From Thermoanaerobaculia bacterium (lineage in GTDB: Bacteria; Acidobacteriota; Thermoanaerobaculia; UBA5066): a DNA stretch of 20,228 nucleotides. Below the pieces are notes generated by a model, which made no database searches, had not been told where the DNA came from, and worked only from the letters and a program-made list of their open reading frames with translations. The translations under genes and the position numbers were made by a program. Position 1 is the first letter of the stretch. Each line of letters opens with the position of its first letter. Location of the stretch: NCBI GenBank assembly GCA_038245905.1, contig JBBRRY010000046.1, positions 1 through 20,228 of the forward strand, written 5' to 3'. Positions 8,570 to 17,177 of the stretch are shown one piece after another.

Positions 8570-9498
8570 GCGGGCACGTCCACGATCTTCCGCGACGCCG
8601 GGGCCGGCCCGATTCGGTAGACCCGTCCGGGCATCTCGCGCCCGAAGAAGGCCGAGACCGACCGTGCGACCTCGATCAGCGCGCCCAGATCGAGGTCGGT
8701 CCGGAGACCCGACCTCTGCCAGCCGTGGACGAGGTCCTCCGTCGCGACGTTCCCCGCGGCCACCTTCGTGAACGGACAGCCGCCGAGCCCGGCGAACGAC
8801 GACTCGAACGAGACGGCGCCGGAGCGCATCGCCGCCCACACATTTACCATCCCGAGTCCGAACGTGTCGTGGAAGTGGCAGGCGGGCTCGGCGCCGGGGT
8901 CCAGCTCGACGATGGCTCCGAACAGCCTCTCGACCTGCTCCGGATAGGCATGCCCCGCCGTGTCGGCGAGCGAGACTCGCATGAGGCCCGCGCCGAGGTA
9001 CTCCTTGACGATCGCAAGGACGCGCTCTTCGGGCACCGGCCCCTCGAAGCCGCATCCAAACGCGGACTGGACCGAGACCTGAACCGCCCGGCCCGCCTCG
9101 ACCGCCTTCTTCGCGGTCGCGAGGATGCGTCGCGTCGCATCCTCGGTCCCCATTCCGGAGTTTTTCCGGCTGTGGGTGTCGCTCGCCGATACGCCCATGC
9201 AGACGAGAGAGACGCCGCACGCGAGCGCGCGGTCGAGGCCCTTCTCGTTCAGGACGAGTCCGGAGAGGATGCCAAGCCCGGCGTCGGGCCTTTGCGAGAG
9301 CCTTCGGAACAGCTCGTCCGTGTCGGCCATCTGCGGGACCTTTTCCGGATGGACGAAGGAGCCAACCTGTACGACGTCGATGCCCGAGGCGAGGAGATTC
9401 CCGATCCACGCGAGCTTCGTCGCGGTCGGCACGATCTGCTTCTCGACCTGGAGGCCGTCGCGCGGCCCGACTTCGTGGAGGACGAGCTTCCTCATCAC
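8566..9498 (-). CDS. Hydroxymethylglutaryl-CoA lyase family (DRE-TIM metallolyase)
   Basis: EVGPRDGLQ, HFHDTFG (HxH metal site) and GLGGCPF...GNVATEDL. RBS GAGGAG upstream; start is GTG 9498 or ATG 9495. Confidence 0.92.
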   Translation of the reverse strand: MMRKLVLHEVGPRDGLQVEKQIVPTATKLAWIGNLLASGIDVVQVGSFVHPEKVPQMADTDELFRRLSQRPDAGLGILSGLVLNEKGLDRALACGVSLVCMGVSASDTHSRKNSGMGTEDATRRILATAKKAVEAGRAVQVSVQSAFGCGFEGPVPEERVLAIVKEYLGAGLMRVSLADTAGHAYPEQVERLFGAIVELDPGAEPACHFHDTFGLGMVNVWAAMRSGAVSFESSFAGLGGCPFTKVAAGNVATEDLVHGWQRSGLRTDLDLGALIEVARSVSAFFGREMPGRVYRIGPAPASRKIVDVPA

Positions 9499-9512
9499 CG
9501 ATGCTCCTCGCC

Positions 9513-11360
9513 CTACCGCCTGTTTCCCACCACGGTGCGGAGCACGCGCATCCGCGCGTCCAGCTCTTCCGGTGTCATGTTCGCGTACTTGGCGGGGAGG
9601 AAGCGCCGGTTGCTCGCCTCGAAGACGGCCAGGAGCTCCATGTACTCCAGCAGCTCGGAATCGCGGCTAGGGAAATAGTCCTCTGCCGCCTTCACGAAGT
9701 GCCCTGCGTCGACCTCCGCGTCTCCGCCGGAATCGCGCGCGGCGTCGTCGTTCGCCAGGAGGACGACGGCCTCGACGTCGGCGTTGCTGTAGCCCACGAG
9801 CTTTCGCGAGAACTTCTCGCGAAGAGCGGTGAAGTCCACGTTCGTCTTGACTTTGTTCTTCCGCACCTGGGCCCGGACGACGTTCTCGACCTCCTCGGGC
9901 GTCTGCGAGTAAAGAAACGGGATCTTCCGGTCCAGACGGCCAGCGCGCTTGAGGTCGATGTCGAGCTTGTCGGGGCGGTTCGTCATGACGAGAAAGAGGA
10001 TGCGGCCGCGATTGCTCGTGTCCGACATGAACTCCTTGATGCGCGCGATGACCCGGGAGCTGGTGCCGCCGTCGCCCTCGCCGTCGGTGTTCCCGAACGC
10101 GCGGTCGCCCTCGTCGATGATAACGACGACCTGCCCAATGGCCTTGATGACGTTGAGGATCTTCTCGAGATTTCCTTCCGTCGCGCCCACCCACTTGCTC
10201 CGAAAGTTCTTGAGCTTGATCGTGGTGAGGCCGCATTCCTTCGCGAAGGCCTCGGCCACGAACGTCTTGCCCGTGCCCATCGGGCCGGTGAAGAGAATGC
10301 CCATGGGTACGCGGCTCGTGCGCCCGTCGCGGATGTTCTCGGCGATGAGGATGAGGTCCTTCTTGACCTCGTCCATGCCGCCCACGACCTCGAATCCGTG
10401 GTCGGGCGAGAGGAACTCCACGAGACCGAAGCACTCGCGCTCCAGGATGTCGCGCTTCCGCTTCGCGATGAGGGCGTCGGCCTCCTTCTTCGCGCGATCG
10501 GCCGCGTTCCCTCCCGCCGCTACGATTTCGCCCGCGGCCGGAGCCAGGAGCTTCTTGATCTCCTCGCGCGACTGCCCGGCCGTGAGCGTCGCGAGCTTGT
10601 GCGCGCGCTCCTCGGCGTCGGGCCCGCCGCCCAGGATCTGAGCGATGAAGGCCTCACGATCGGCGCGCTCCTCTTCGGAAGGGGGCGGCGGGGCGAGGAT
10701 CGTCGCGATCTGCACGGCCTTGAGGCCAGCCGTGATCTCGGCGTAACGCTCCACGTCCTTGACGCCGAGGCGCGGGTCCGCGAGGCGAACCGCGTCGCGC
10801 CTCGTGTCGCGGTCGGGCATGGGGATCTCGACCACGGCCACCTTCGGGTTCGATACGAGCTTCGGCGCAAGGTCGGTGAGGTTCTCGGCCACCAGGATGA
10901 CGACGTTGTCGGACTTCTCGAGCTCGGGCAGGAAGGACCACCGGTGGAGCGTGACGATCGCGGCGCGGTCGGCGTCGGCCTGGAACGCGGGGTCGCCGGT
11001 GGGAACGAGCGCTTCGGCGTATTCCAGGACGACGGCTACCTTGTCCGCCGAGATGAGGAGCTTCTCGAGAGCGGGCAGGGCCTTTTCCTTCTGGGTGACG
11101 AAGAGGACGTCGTCCAGGACTTCGGAGCCCTTGCCGCGCTTCGGGCAGCGGACGCCCGTCGCCACGTTGTAGACGACGACGGTGTCCTTCGTCTCCCTGA
11201 GGAGGACGCCGGTCAGGAAGTCCGAGAGGCCGAGGAGCTTTCCGTCGCAAACGACGACGTCGAAGACGTTGCCATGCACGATGAAGATCGAAGCCTCGTT
11301 GCGAAGGTATCGGCGGCGCAGGTCCTCGGCCCAGCCGGGCAGGGGCTTCGGGTCGGGCAT
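9513..11360 (-). CDS. Classic-clade AAA+ ATPase with a degenerate N-terminal AAA-like domain and an intact C-terminal AAA domain
   Basis: Walker A GPMGTGKT, pore loop SKWVG, Walker B IIDEGD, sensor-1/[19 protein letters not shown]. The N-terminal half has FIVHGNVFD and VVLEYAEAL as decayed Walker-like strands. Confidence 0.92.
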   Translation of the reverse strand: MPDPKPLPGWAEDLRRRYLRNEASIFIVHGNVFDVVVCDGKLLGLSDFLTGVLLRETKDTVVVYNVATGVRCPKRGKGSEVLDDVLFVTQKEKALPALEKLLISADKVAVVLEYAEALVPTGDPAFQADADRAAIVTLHRWSFLPELEKSDNVVILVAENLTDLAPKLVSNPKVAVVEIPMPDRDTRRDAVRLADPRLGVKDVERYAEITAGLKAVQIATILAPPPPSEEERADREAFIAQILGGGPDAEERAHKLATLTAGQSREEIKKLLAPAAGEIVAAGGNAADRAKKEADALIAKRKRDILERECFGLVEFLSPDHGFEVVGGMDEVKKDLILIAENIRDGRTSRVPMGILFTGPMGTGKTFVAEAFAKECGLTTIKLKNFRSKWVGATEGNLEKILNVIKAIGQVVVIIDEGDRAFGNTDGEGDGGTSSRVIARIKEFMSDTSNRGRILFLVMTNRPDKLDIDLKRAGRLDRKIPFLYSQTPEEVENVVRAQVRKNKVKTNVDFTALREKFSRKLVGYSNADVEAVVLLANDDAARDSGGDAEVDAGHFVKAAEDYFPSRDSELLEYMELLAVFEASNRRFLPAKYANMTPEELDARMRVLRTVVGNRR

Positions 11361-11364
11361 GGGG

Positions 11365-12291
11365 TCACATCTCCCGTTCCATGGAGCCGAGGATGCGCTC
11401 CGTGTCGTGTGCCGTCTGGCGGATGGCTTCGACGCCGTCGAGGAGCTCGTCGAGCTGGCCGGAGAGCTCCTGCGGCGACTGCATGGTGACGATCTGGTCC
11501 GCGATGAGCTGGAAGGAATTCTCGATGAGGTCGAGCTGGCCGCGCGCCACGGTGAGGTACCGGTGAATCTCCTTCATCTTGTCGATCCGCTTCGTGACGA
11601 TGTCGAGGTTCTTCTTCGCGATCTGGGTCTGCTGCGGGTCGGTGTTCGAGCTCTTCACGATGGAGTCGTACTTCCGGCGGTCTCTGTCGAGGGCGCCGTC
11701 GTCGACCGACCCGAGATAGCTCTCGTACCGGGCGCACGTGACGGCCATCTCGACGAAGGCGTCCACGAGGCGGTCGGTCTTCACGAGCTCGTTTCGGAGG
11801 AGGTCTCCCGTGAAGGAGGGGTTCTGGGCCGCGAGGCGCCTGATCTCCTCCTGCCGCGCCACGAGCGCGTCGACGCGGCCTCCGTCGTCATCGCCAACGG
11901 TCTTCAGCCGTTCGGCGCGCTCCTGCGCCTGAAGAGCCTTCTTCAGCTTGTCGAAGCGCGGATCCCAGAGAAGATGCTTGAGCCGCTCGTTCTCGGGCCC
12001 GTGGAGGAGCCAGAGCCCCTCGAAGCCCAGCGCGACGACGGCGAGCACGGGATTCAACGTGAGGCCGGCCGCCGCGAGCGCTCCGAAAAACACGGAGAGG
12101 TTGTAGGGGTTCTTGAACGCCATCTGGAGATAGGGGCGCTTCTCGAACAGCGCACTCGTCGCGAGATTCCGTGCGGCGTCCGAGACGCCGCTCCGCACGT
12201 CGTTCGCCGTGGACGCAGCCGCCGTGGGCGCCGCGGCGGCTGCCTGGCGCGCCGCGGGCAGGGGCGTCTTCGGTTTCTCGAGGGTGCCCAT
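11365..12291 (-). CDS. Membrane-anchored alpha-helical/coiled-coil protein of unknown function
   Basis: Hydrophobic hairpin SVFFGALAAAGLTLNPVLAVVALGFEGLWLL followed by ~200 aa of charged helical sequence. Stop lies 4 nt from the AAA start. Confidence 0.85.
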   Translation of the reverse strand: MGTLEKPKTPLPAARQAAAAAPTAAASTANDVRSGVSDAARNLATSALFEKRPYLQMAFKNPYNLSVFFGALAAAGLTLNPVLAVVALGFEGLWLLHGPENERLKHLLWDPRFDKLKKALQAQERAERLKTVGDDDGGRVDALVARQEEIRRLAAQNPSFTGDLLRNELVKTDRLVDAFVEMAVTCARYESYLGSVDDGALDRDRRKYDSIVKSSNTDPQQTQIAKKNLDIVTKRIDKMKEIHRYLTVARGQLDLIENSFQLIADQIVTMQSPQELSGQLDELLDGVEAIRQTAHDTERILGSMEREM

Positions 12292-12322
12292 CAGCGCGGA
12301 TTATGAGCCGGGCGGCCCTTCC

Positions 12323-13240
12323 TCATCCCGAGTACAGGAGATCGAGCAGCTTCTTCTCGACGGCCCGGAACTCGGATGCCGACTTCAGCTCGATGTTGCG
12401 GACCGGGAAGTAAGGCACGTCGACACGGTGGAGCACGCGGGCCGGACGGGACGAAAGCACGTAAACGCTGTCGGCCAGGTAGACGGCCTCCGAAACGTCG
12501 TGCGTGACGAAAAGAATGGTCGGATCCTCGCTCCGCGACACGTCGAGGAGGAGGCCCTGCATTCCCCAGCGGGTCTGCGGGTCGAGCGCCCCGAACGGCT
12601 CGTCCATCAGGATGACCCGCGGCGCGTTGATCAGGGTGCGCGCGATGGCCACCCGTTGCTTCATGCCGCCCGAGAGGTCCTTGGGGTAGCGGTCGGCGAA
12701 ATCGGCGAGGCCCACGGACTCGATGTACTTCTTGGAGCGCTCGTGCCGCTCGGCGGCCGGGACGCCCTGGAGGTTCAAGCCGTACTCCACGTTCTCGCGC
12801 ACGGTGAGCCAGCCGAACGACGTGTAGGCCTGGAAGACCATCCCGCGTTCCTTGCTTACGCCGTCGACGGGCTTTCCGTCCAGGAGGATCTCGCCCTTCG
12901 TCGGCGCGAGGAGGCCGGCCACGGCCTTCAGGATCGTCGACTTTCCGCAACCGGACGGACCCAGGAAGACGACGACCTCGCCGGTGCCGGGCTTATCCTC
13001 GACGTCGAACGAGACGTCGCGAACAGCCTCGGTGCCGAGTCCCTTCCGATTCAGATACGTGATCGAGAGATTCTTCACGCGGAGCTTGACGGTCTCGGCC
13101 GTCGGCTCGTGCTTGTAGGAACCCTTGCGCTTCGCTCCGTCCGGGCCGAGGTCGACCGCGAAGGTGCCGGGCTCGCCCGTCTGCGGCGCTGCCTTCGGCG
13201 CCGTGTCCTTGTCGCGGACGGCGTCCTTCTCGCCGTTCAC
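12323..13240 (-). CDS. ABC transporter ATP-binding protein (TauB/SsuB/NrtD type)
   Basis: GPSGCGKS, LSGGMKQR, ILMDEPFGALD and VTHD. GTG 13240 overlaps the permease stop as GTGA. Confidence 0.93.
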   Translation of the reverse strand: MNGEKDAVRDKDTAPKAAPQTGEPGTFAVDLGPDGAKRKGSYKHEPTAETVKLRVKNLSITYLNRKGLGTEAVRDVSFDVEDKPGTGEVVVFLGPSGCGKSTILKAVAGLLAPTKGEILLDGKPVDGVSKERGMVFQAYTSFGWLTVRENVEYGLNLQGVPAAERHERSKKYIESVGLADFADRYPKDLSGGMKQRVAIARTLINAPRVILMDEPFGALDPQTRWGMQGLLLDVSRSEDPTILFVTHDVSEAVYLADSVYVLSSRPARVLHRVDVPYFPVRNIELKSASEFRAVEKKLLDLLYSG

Positions 13241-14034
13241 GACTGGGCCTCTCTCCAGCGGAAGAGGATGGCCGAGACGGTCCGGATGATGAAGTCGGTG
13301 AAAAGGCCGATGCCGCCGATGACGAGGAGGCCCGCGAACGACCACGACGCCTTCTGATGCGTGCGCGCGAGCTCGACCATGTACCCGAGCCCGTGCTCGG
13401 GATTCACGGCCTCGGCCAGGATGACGTACGTCCACGAGATCGCGTTCATCACGCGAAACGAGTCGAAGATCTCCGGAAGCGCTGCGGGCAGGAGAACCGT
13501 TCGGAGGACCTGGCCGCGGGAAGCGCCCAGCGTGAGCGCCGTCTGGACCAGCTCCTCGGGCACCGCGCGGATCGCCGTCACGACGACGGGCAGGAGGTAG
13601 ACGAAGACGCCGAGGAAGAGGAACGCGATCTTCTGCTTCTCGTAGATGCCGAACCACAGGATCAGGAGCGGGATGAACGCCGAGATGGGCATGTAGCGGA
13701 GAGGCGCCATGATCGGCTCGAACAGCCGGTTCACGGGCTCGAATGCGCCCATCAGGATGCCGAGCGGGAGGGCGATGGCCGAGGCGAGAAGGAACGCGGT
13801 CGCGATGCGGCGCGTGGACACGAGGATCGCGCTCGTCAGGTCGTACTGGAGGAAGAGCTGGAGCGTTCCGCGGATGACCTCGGTCGGCGAGGGCAGGAAG
13901 TCGGCCGGGGCGAACCCTCCGTAGCTGATGACGCACCACGCGCCCAGGACCGCCGCCGGCGCGACGAATCCGAGAGCCACGGCCATCGCCCGGGGCAGCG
14001 GGGCCCGCAGTGCGAAAAGATCGCTGCGCTTCAC
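13237..14034 (-). CDS. ABC transporter permease (TauC/SsuC type)
   Basis: FLPSPTEV, PLRYMPISAFIPLLILWFGI, EAA loop ELVQTALTLGAS, SWTYVILAE and GLGY. GTG 14034 overlaps the upstream stop. Confidence 0.92.
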   Translation of the reverse strand: MKRSDLFALRAPLPRAMAVALGFVAPAAVLGAWCVISYGGFAPADFLPSPTEVIRGTLQLFLQYDLTSAILVSTRRIATAFLLASAIALPLGILMGAFEPVNRLFEPIMAPLRYMPISAFIPLLILWFGIYEKQKIAFLFLGVFVYLLPVVVTAIRAVPEELVQTALTLGASRGQVLRTVLLPAALPEIFDSFRVMNAISWTYVILAEAVNPEHGLGYMVELARTHQKASWSFAGLLVIGGIGLFTDFIIRTVSAILFRWREAQS

Positions 14035-15680
14035 TCGGTCGCGAGGACGACCTTGATGTCGGTGCGGCGGTTGAGCTGCCTTCCCGTCTCGGTCGTGTTC
14101 GGGGCCACCGGATTCGTCGAGCCCTTGCCGATCGTCTGGAACCGGGCGGGAAGGATGTTGGGGAAATTCTTGAGCACGTATGTCTTCACGGCCAGCGCCC
14201 GCCGCTCGGAAAGCGTCATGTTCGCGCTGGAGCCGCCGGTGGCGTCCGTGTTGCCTTCGACGCGGAGGTAGGTGTTTCCGAAGGAAGTCATCGTCTCGCC
14301 GAGCGCATCGAGAACGAAGTACGAGCCCGCCATGATGACGTCGGACCCCGGCGTGAAGTGGATCTGGATCTGCTTGTTGATGATGGCGCGGTCGTTGGCC
14401 GAAGGGGCCTTCGACGCGATCCGGGGCTCCTCGACCTTCTGCTCCTGGTAATTCGCCGCGAGAGCAGAGAGGAAGCGCGTGTCGACCCAGTCCTTCGCGT
14501 CGACGGCCTTCGTGACGAGGCCCTTCTTGCGCCAGATCACGAACGCGGTGTCGAAGAGCGTCTCGTAGTGCGCCTTGCCGCCCGAGATCCCGTAGAACTG
14601 CGCGTTGTCGGCGTAGGGCGTGAGCTTGAGGCCCGCGAGCATTCCGGAGACGGTGTCGGTGTCCAGCTTCAGGGCCTTCGCGACGAGGGCGTAGGCCGCG
14701 TTCGGGTCGGCCTTGATCATGTCGATCCCGTCGAACCAGCCATGGATGAAGTCGCGGACGGTGTCGGGCGCCCGGTCGATGAGGTCCTGCCGCGCGCACA
14801 GCGTGTCGGCGATGATGTTCGTGGCCGCGGTCGTGGAGACGAGGACGTGCGCCTCGCTCTCGCGCGCGGTGACGGCCGCCGAGAGGTCCGGCTCCCAGGT
14901 GACGGCCGCGTCCACCTGCTTGGCCTTGAACATCGCGGCGGCGGCGGGCGCGTCCTGCGTGAAGATGATGTTCTTCTCCACCGCGGCGCGCTCGTCGGGC
15001 GTGAGGCCCGACTGCGACAACAGGAAAAGCAGCAGGAAATGCGAGGGCGTGAACTGCGTACAGGAGATCTTGTGGCCCTTGAGGTCTTCGACGGACTTGA
15101 TCGTCGAGAGCGACACGATGCCATCTCCGCCGCGGGACCAGTCCTGCATGATTACCGACTTGGCCTTCGCGTTCTGCTCGGCCAGGATCGAGGCCTCGCG
15201 CGCCCAGTTGTCGACGGTATTCCACATGATGTCGACGTCGCCTTTGCGAAACGCCGCGAGCTTGGCCGCCGGGTCTTCCAGGAGCACGAACTTCACGTTC
15301 AGGTTGTAGCGCTGCTTGTAGCGGCCCGAGGCCGCCGACTCCATGCCGCCGTTCGCCACGATGCCGGGCGCGTGGCCCGCCCACGTGTTGATAGCGACGA
15401 CCAGAGGCCGGTTGAGCTTGCCGCCGGCGGTGAGCGCCACACCGGAAACGCCGGCCGCGCCCTTCCCGCGCTCGGGGTCGGGCGGTGCGTTCTTGAGCGC
15501 GTCGAAGTCGGTGCCCGAGGCCGCGCCCGAGCCTTGGGCCGCGGCCGTGGTGCCAGGCGCGGGCTTGTCGGCGCCGGCCCATTTCTTGATGTCGATGCTC
15601 TTGTAGTGCCACAGCGCGTAGCCGATGACACCGAGGATGACGACGGTGATGAAGAACTTCGCGAACGCAGTGAGTTTCAT
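14031..15680 (-). CDS. Membrane-anchored NMT1/THI5-like solute-binding protein fused to a C-terminal OmpA-like peptidoglycan-binding domain
   Basis: N-terminal TM helix with no lipobox Cys, Ala/Gly/Pro linker, class II SBP motifs (DWSRGGDGIV, IKSVEDLKGHKI, VDAAVTWEP), and OmpA_C motifs (VEGNTDATG..N..LSERRA; G.G..NPVAPN.T..GRQLNRR). RBS GAGGAG. Confidence 0.9.
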   Translation of the reverse strand: MKLTAFAKFFITVVILGVIGYALWHYKSIDIKKWAGADKPAPGTTAAAQGSGAASGTDFDALKNAPPDPERGKGAAGVSGVALTAGGKLNRPLVVAINTWAGHAPGIVANGGMESAASGRYKQRYNLNVKFVLLEDPAAKLAAFRKGDVDIMWNTVDNWAREASILAEQNAKAKSVIMQDWSRGGDGIVSLSTIKSVEDLKGHKISCTQFTPSHFLLLFLLSQSGLTPDERAAVEKNIIFTQDAPAAAAMFKAKQVDAAVTWEPDLSAAVTARESEAHVLVSTTAATNIIADTLCARQDLIDRAPDTVRDFIHGWFDGIDMIKADPNAAYALVAKALKLDTDTVSGMLAGLKLTPYADNAQFYGISGGKAHYETLFDTAFVIWRKKGLVTKAVDAKDWVDTRFLSALAANYQEQKVEEPRIASKAPSANDRAIINKQIQIHFTPGSDVIMAGSYFVLDALGETMTSFGNTYLRVEGNTDATGGSSANMTLSERRALAVKTYVLKNFPNILPARFQTIGKGSTNPVAPNTTETGRQLNRRTDIKVVLATE

Positions 15681-15698
15681 TTTTGGGGATCTCCTCGG

Positions 15699-16406
15699 CT
15701 ACATCGTCTTCTGCGCGGCCTGCTGGGCGGCGCGTTTGGCCTTCATCTCGGCGAGCTGCTGTTTGGCCTGGACGTCTCCCGCCTGACTCTTCAAGGCGGC
15801 GAGACGCGTGTCGAGCGAAGATTCGGACAGCTCCTTGCCCAGGTTCGCGGCCGCGATCGTGTTCTTGATGTGCTCGCGCACGTTATCGAGCGCCTTGACC
15901 TCCGCGTCGACCGAGAGCCCGTCGAGCTGCTCCTGGATCTTGAGGCGCGCCTGTGCGCTCTGCATGCGGGCCAGCATCACGTCGCGCTCGCCCTTCAGCT
16001 TCTTGATCTCACCCTGCACGGAGATGAGAGACGTCTTGGCGCTGTCGGCGTCCTTGCTCGCGGTGTCCATGTCGGTCCGGAGCTCGGACACCTCGGTCCC
16101 AAGCTCGTTCTTCCGCTGGATGAGAACGACGGCGAGGTCGTCCTGGTTCGTCTCGACGGCGACGTTCAGCTCGGCCTCGGTCTGGGTGAGCTCCTTGCTG
16201 GCCTTCTTCAGCCGTTCGTCGATGTCTTCGCGGCGCCGGATGATGGCCGCCGTTGCCTGCTTGAGCTTGCTGTACTTTTCGATCATCGAGTTGATCGCGT
16301 TCTCGTAGGCGATCTCGGGGTGCTCCTTCTCGACGTCGGAGATCCAGATGGACAGGAACCCGCGCCAGAGATTGGCCAGCCTCGTGAAGATCCCGATGTC
16401 CGCCAT
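15699..16406 (-). CDS. PspA/IM30 (Vipp1) family protein, ESCRT-III superfamily
   Basis: N-terminal amphipathic helix [19 protein letters not shown] then E.PE, long coiled-coil hairpin, C-terminal LDTRLAALK, 235 aa. RBS GGAGG. Confidence 0.88.
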   Translation of the reverse strand: MADIGIFTRLANLWRGFLSIWISDVEKEHPEIAYENAINSMIEKYSKLKQATAAIIRRREDIDERLKKASKELTQTEAELNVAVETNQDDLAVVLIQRKNELGTEVSELRTDMDTASKDADSAKTSLISVQGEIKKLKGERDVMLARMQSAQARLKIQEQLDGLSVDAEVKALDNVREHIKNTIAAANLGKELSESSLDTRLAALKSQAGDVQAKQQLAEMKAKRAAQQAAQKTM

Positions 16407-16439
16407 GTGTCCTCCCTCGTCCCTCGTCGAAATCCGGCG

Positions 16440-17081
16440 TCAGCGGGCGGGCGGGGCGGGCTCGACGAGCTTCGGCGACGCGCGCACGACGCGCGCCACC
16501 GTCTCCTGCCCGAAGAACTCCAGCACGTGCTGGATCTCGAGCTTCCTGTCGTTGCACGCCTTGACGACCGCTTGCTGTTCCGCCACGCGGTCTTCCATGA
16601 CCGCGTTGATGCGCTTGATCTCGTTCTCGAAGTCCCCGATGCGCTTCTGCGACTCTTCGAGGACCTTCTGGGTGTCGCCGGATCCAGCGCGAATGTAGCT
16701 CTCGAGCGCCTGGATCTCCTGGACGGCCCCCTCGATGATCTTGTCGATCGGAACGCCGAAGGCCTTGAGCGATGCCTCGACGATCTGCTTCTTAACGGCC
16801 GGCGGTGCGTCGGCGGGAAGCGCGGAGAGAAGGTCCGCCGCCTTGACGACGCGCTGCTGCTCCTCGGAGTCCATGCCCGCCGCCTCGTAAACGGCCCCGA
16901 AATCCACTTTCCCGCCCGGGGCGGCGGGGATGTCCTTCACGAAAGCGACGGGAGGCGGCTCGCTGGCGGCGGCCGCGATGGCGGCCGCGTCGTCGGACGG
17001 GGCGGCCGTGCCCGGCGCGGACTCGTCCGTGACGACGAACCACCCCAGGACGGTCGATCCCCAGTTCTTCTTGTCGGTCAT
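16440..17081 (-). CDS. Alpha-helical protein of unknown function, first gene of the PspA operon
   Basis: Short N-terminal WGSTVLGWFV segment, Pro/Ala linker, helical domain and C-terminal coiled coil. GC-rich third positions; 33 nt from pspA. Confidence 0.82.
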   Translation of the reverse strand: MTDKKNWGSTVLGWFVVTDESAPGTAAPSDDAAAIAAAASEPPPVAFVKDIPAAPGGKVDFGAVYEAAGMDSEEQQRVVKAADLLSALPADAPPAVKKQIVEASLKAFGVPIDKIIEGAVQEIQALESYIRAGSGDTQKVLEESQKRIGDFENEIKRINAVMEDRVAEQQAVVKACNDRKLEIQHVLEFFGQETVARVVRASPKLVEPAPPAR

Positions 17082-17099
17082 GGTTTGGCTCGGCCGGGG

Positions 17100-17160
17100 A
17101 TCTTATCAAGTGCGGCAGAAGAGGGCGTTCGGGAACGGCCGTGTCTCGCGGCGGTAGAAT
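17100..17160. promoter_or_regulatory. Divergent promoters: extended -10 for the PspA operon and a -10 for the plus-strand gene
   Basis: Minus strand TGaTAAGAT (17108-17100). Plus strand TAGAAT (17155-17160) followed by GGAGG and ATG 17178. Confidence 0.6.
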
Positions 17161-17177
17161 CGTCACGGAGGTTCGCC

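Noticed and set aside
2595-11489. Long plus-strand ORFs 2595..4988, 5201..6508, 6824..8620 and 9501..11489
   Set aside because: They lie antisense to (or out of frame with) genes that have clear family motifs, and they carry no recognisable motifs themselves.
14010-17177. 5' portion of the 1197-aa plus-strand ORF
   Set aside because: Antisense shadow of the SBP-OmpA, PspA and helical genes in GC-rich DNA; only 17178..17603 has a promoter, RBS and protein-like sequence.
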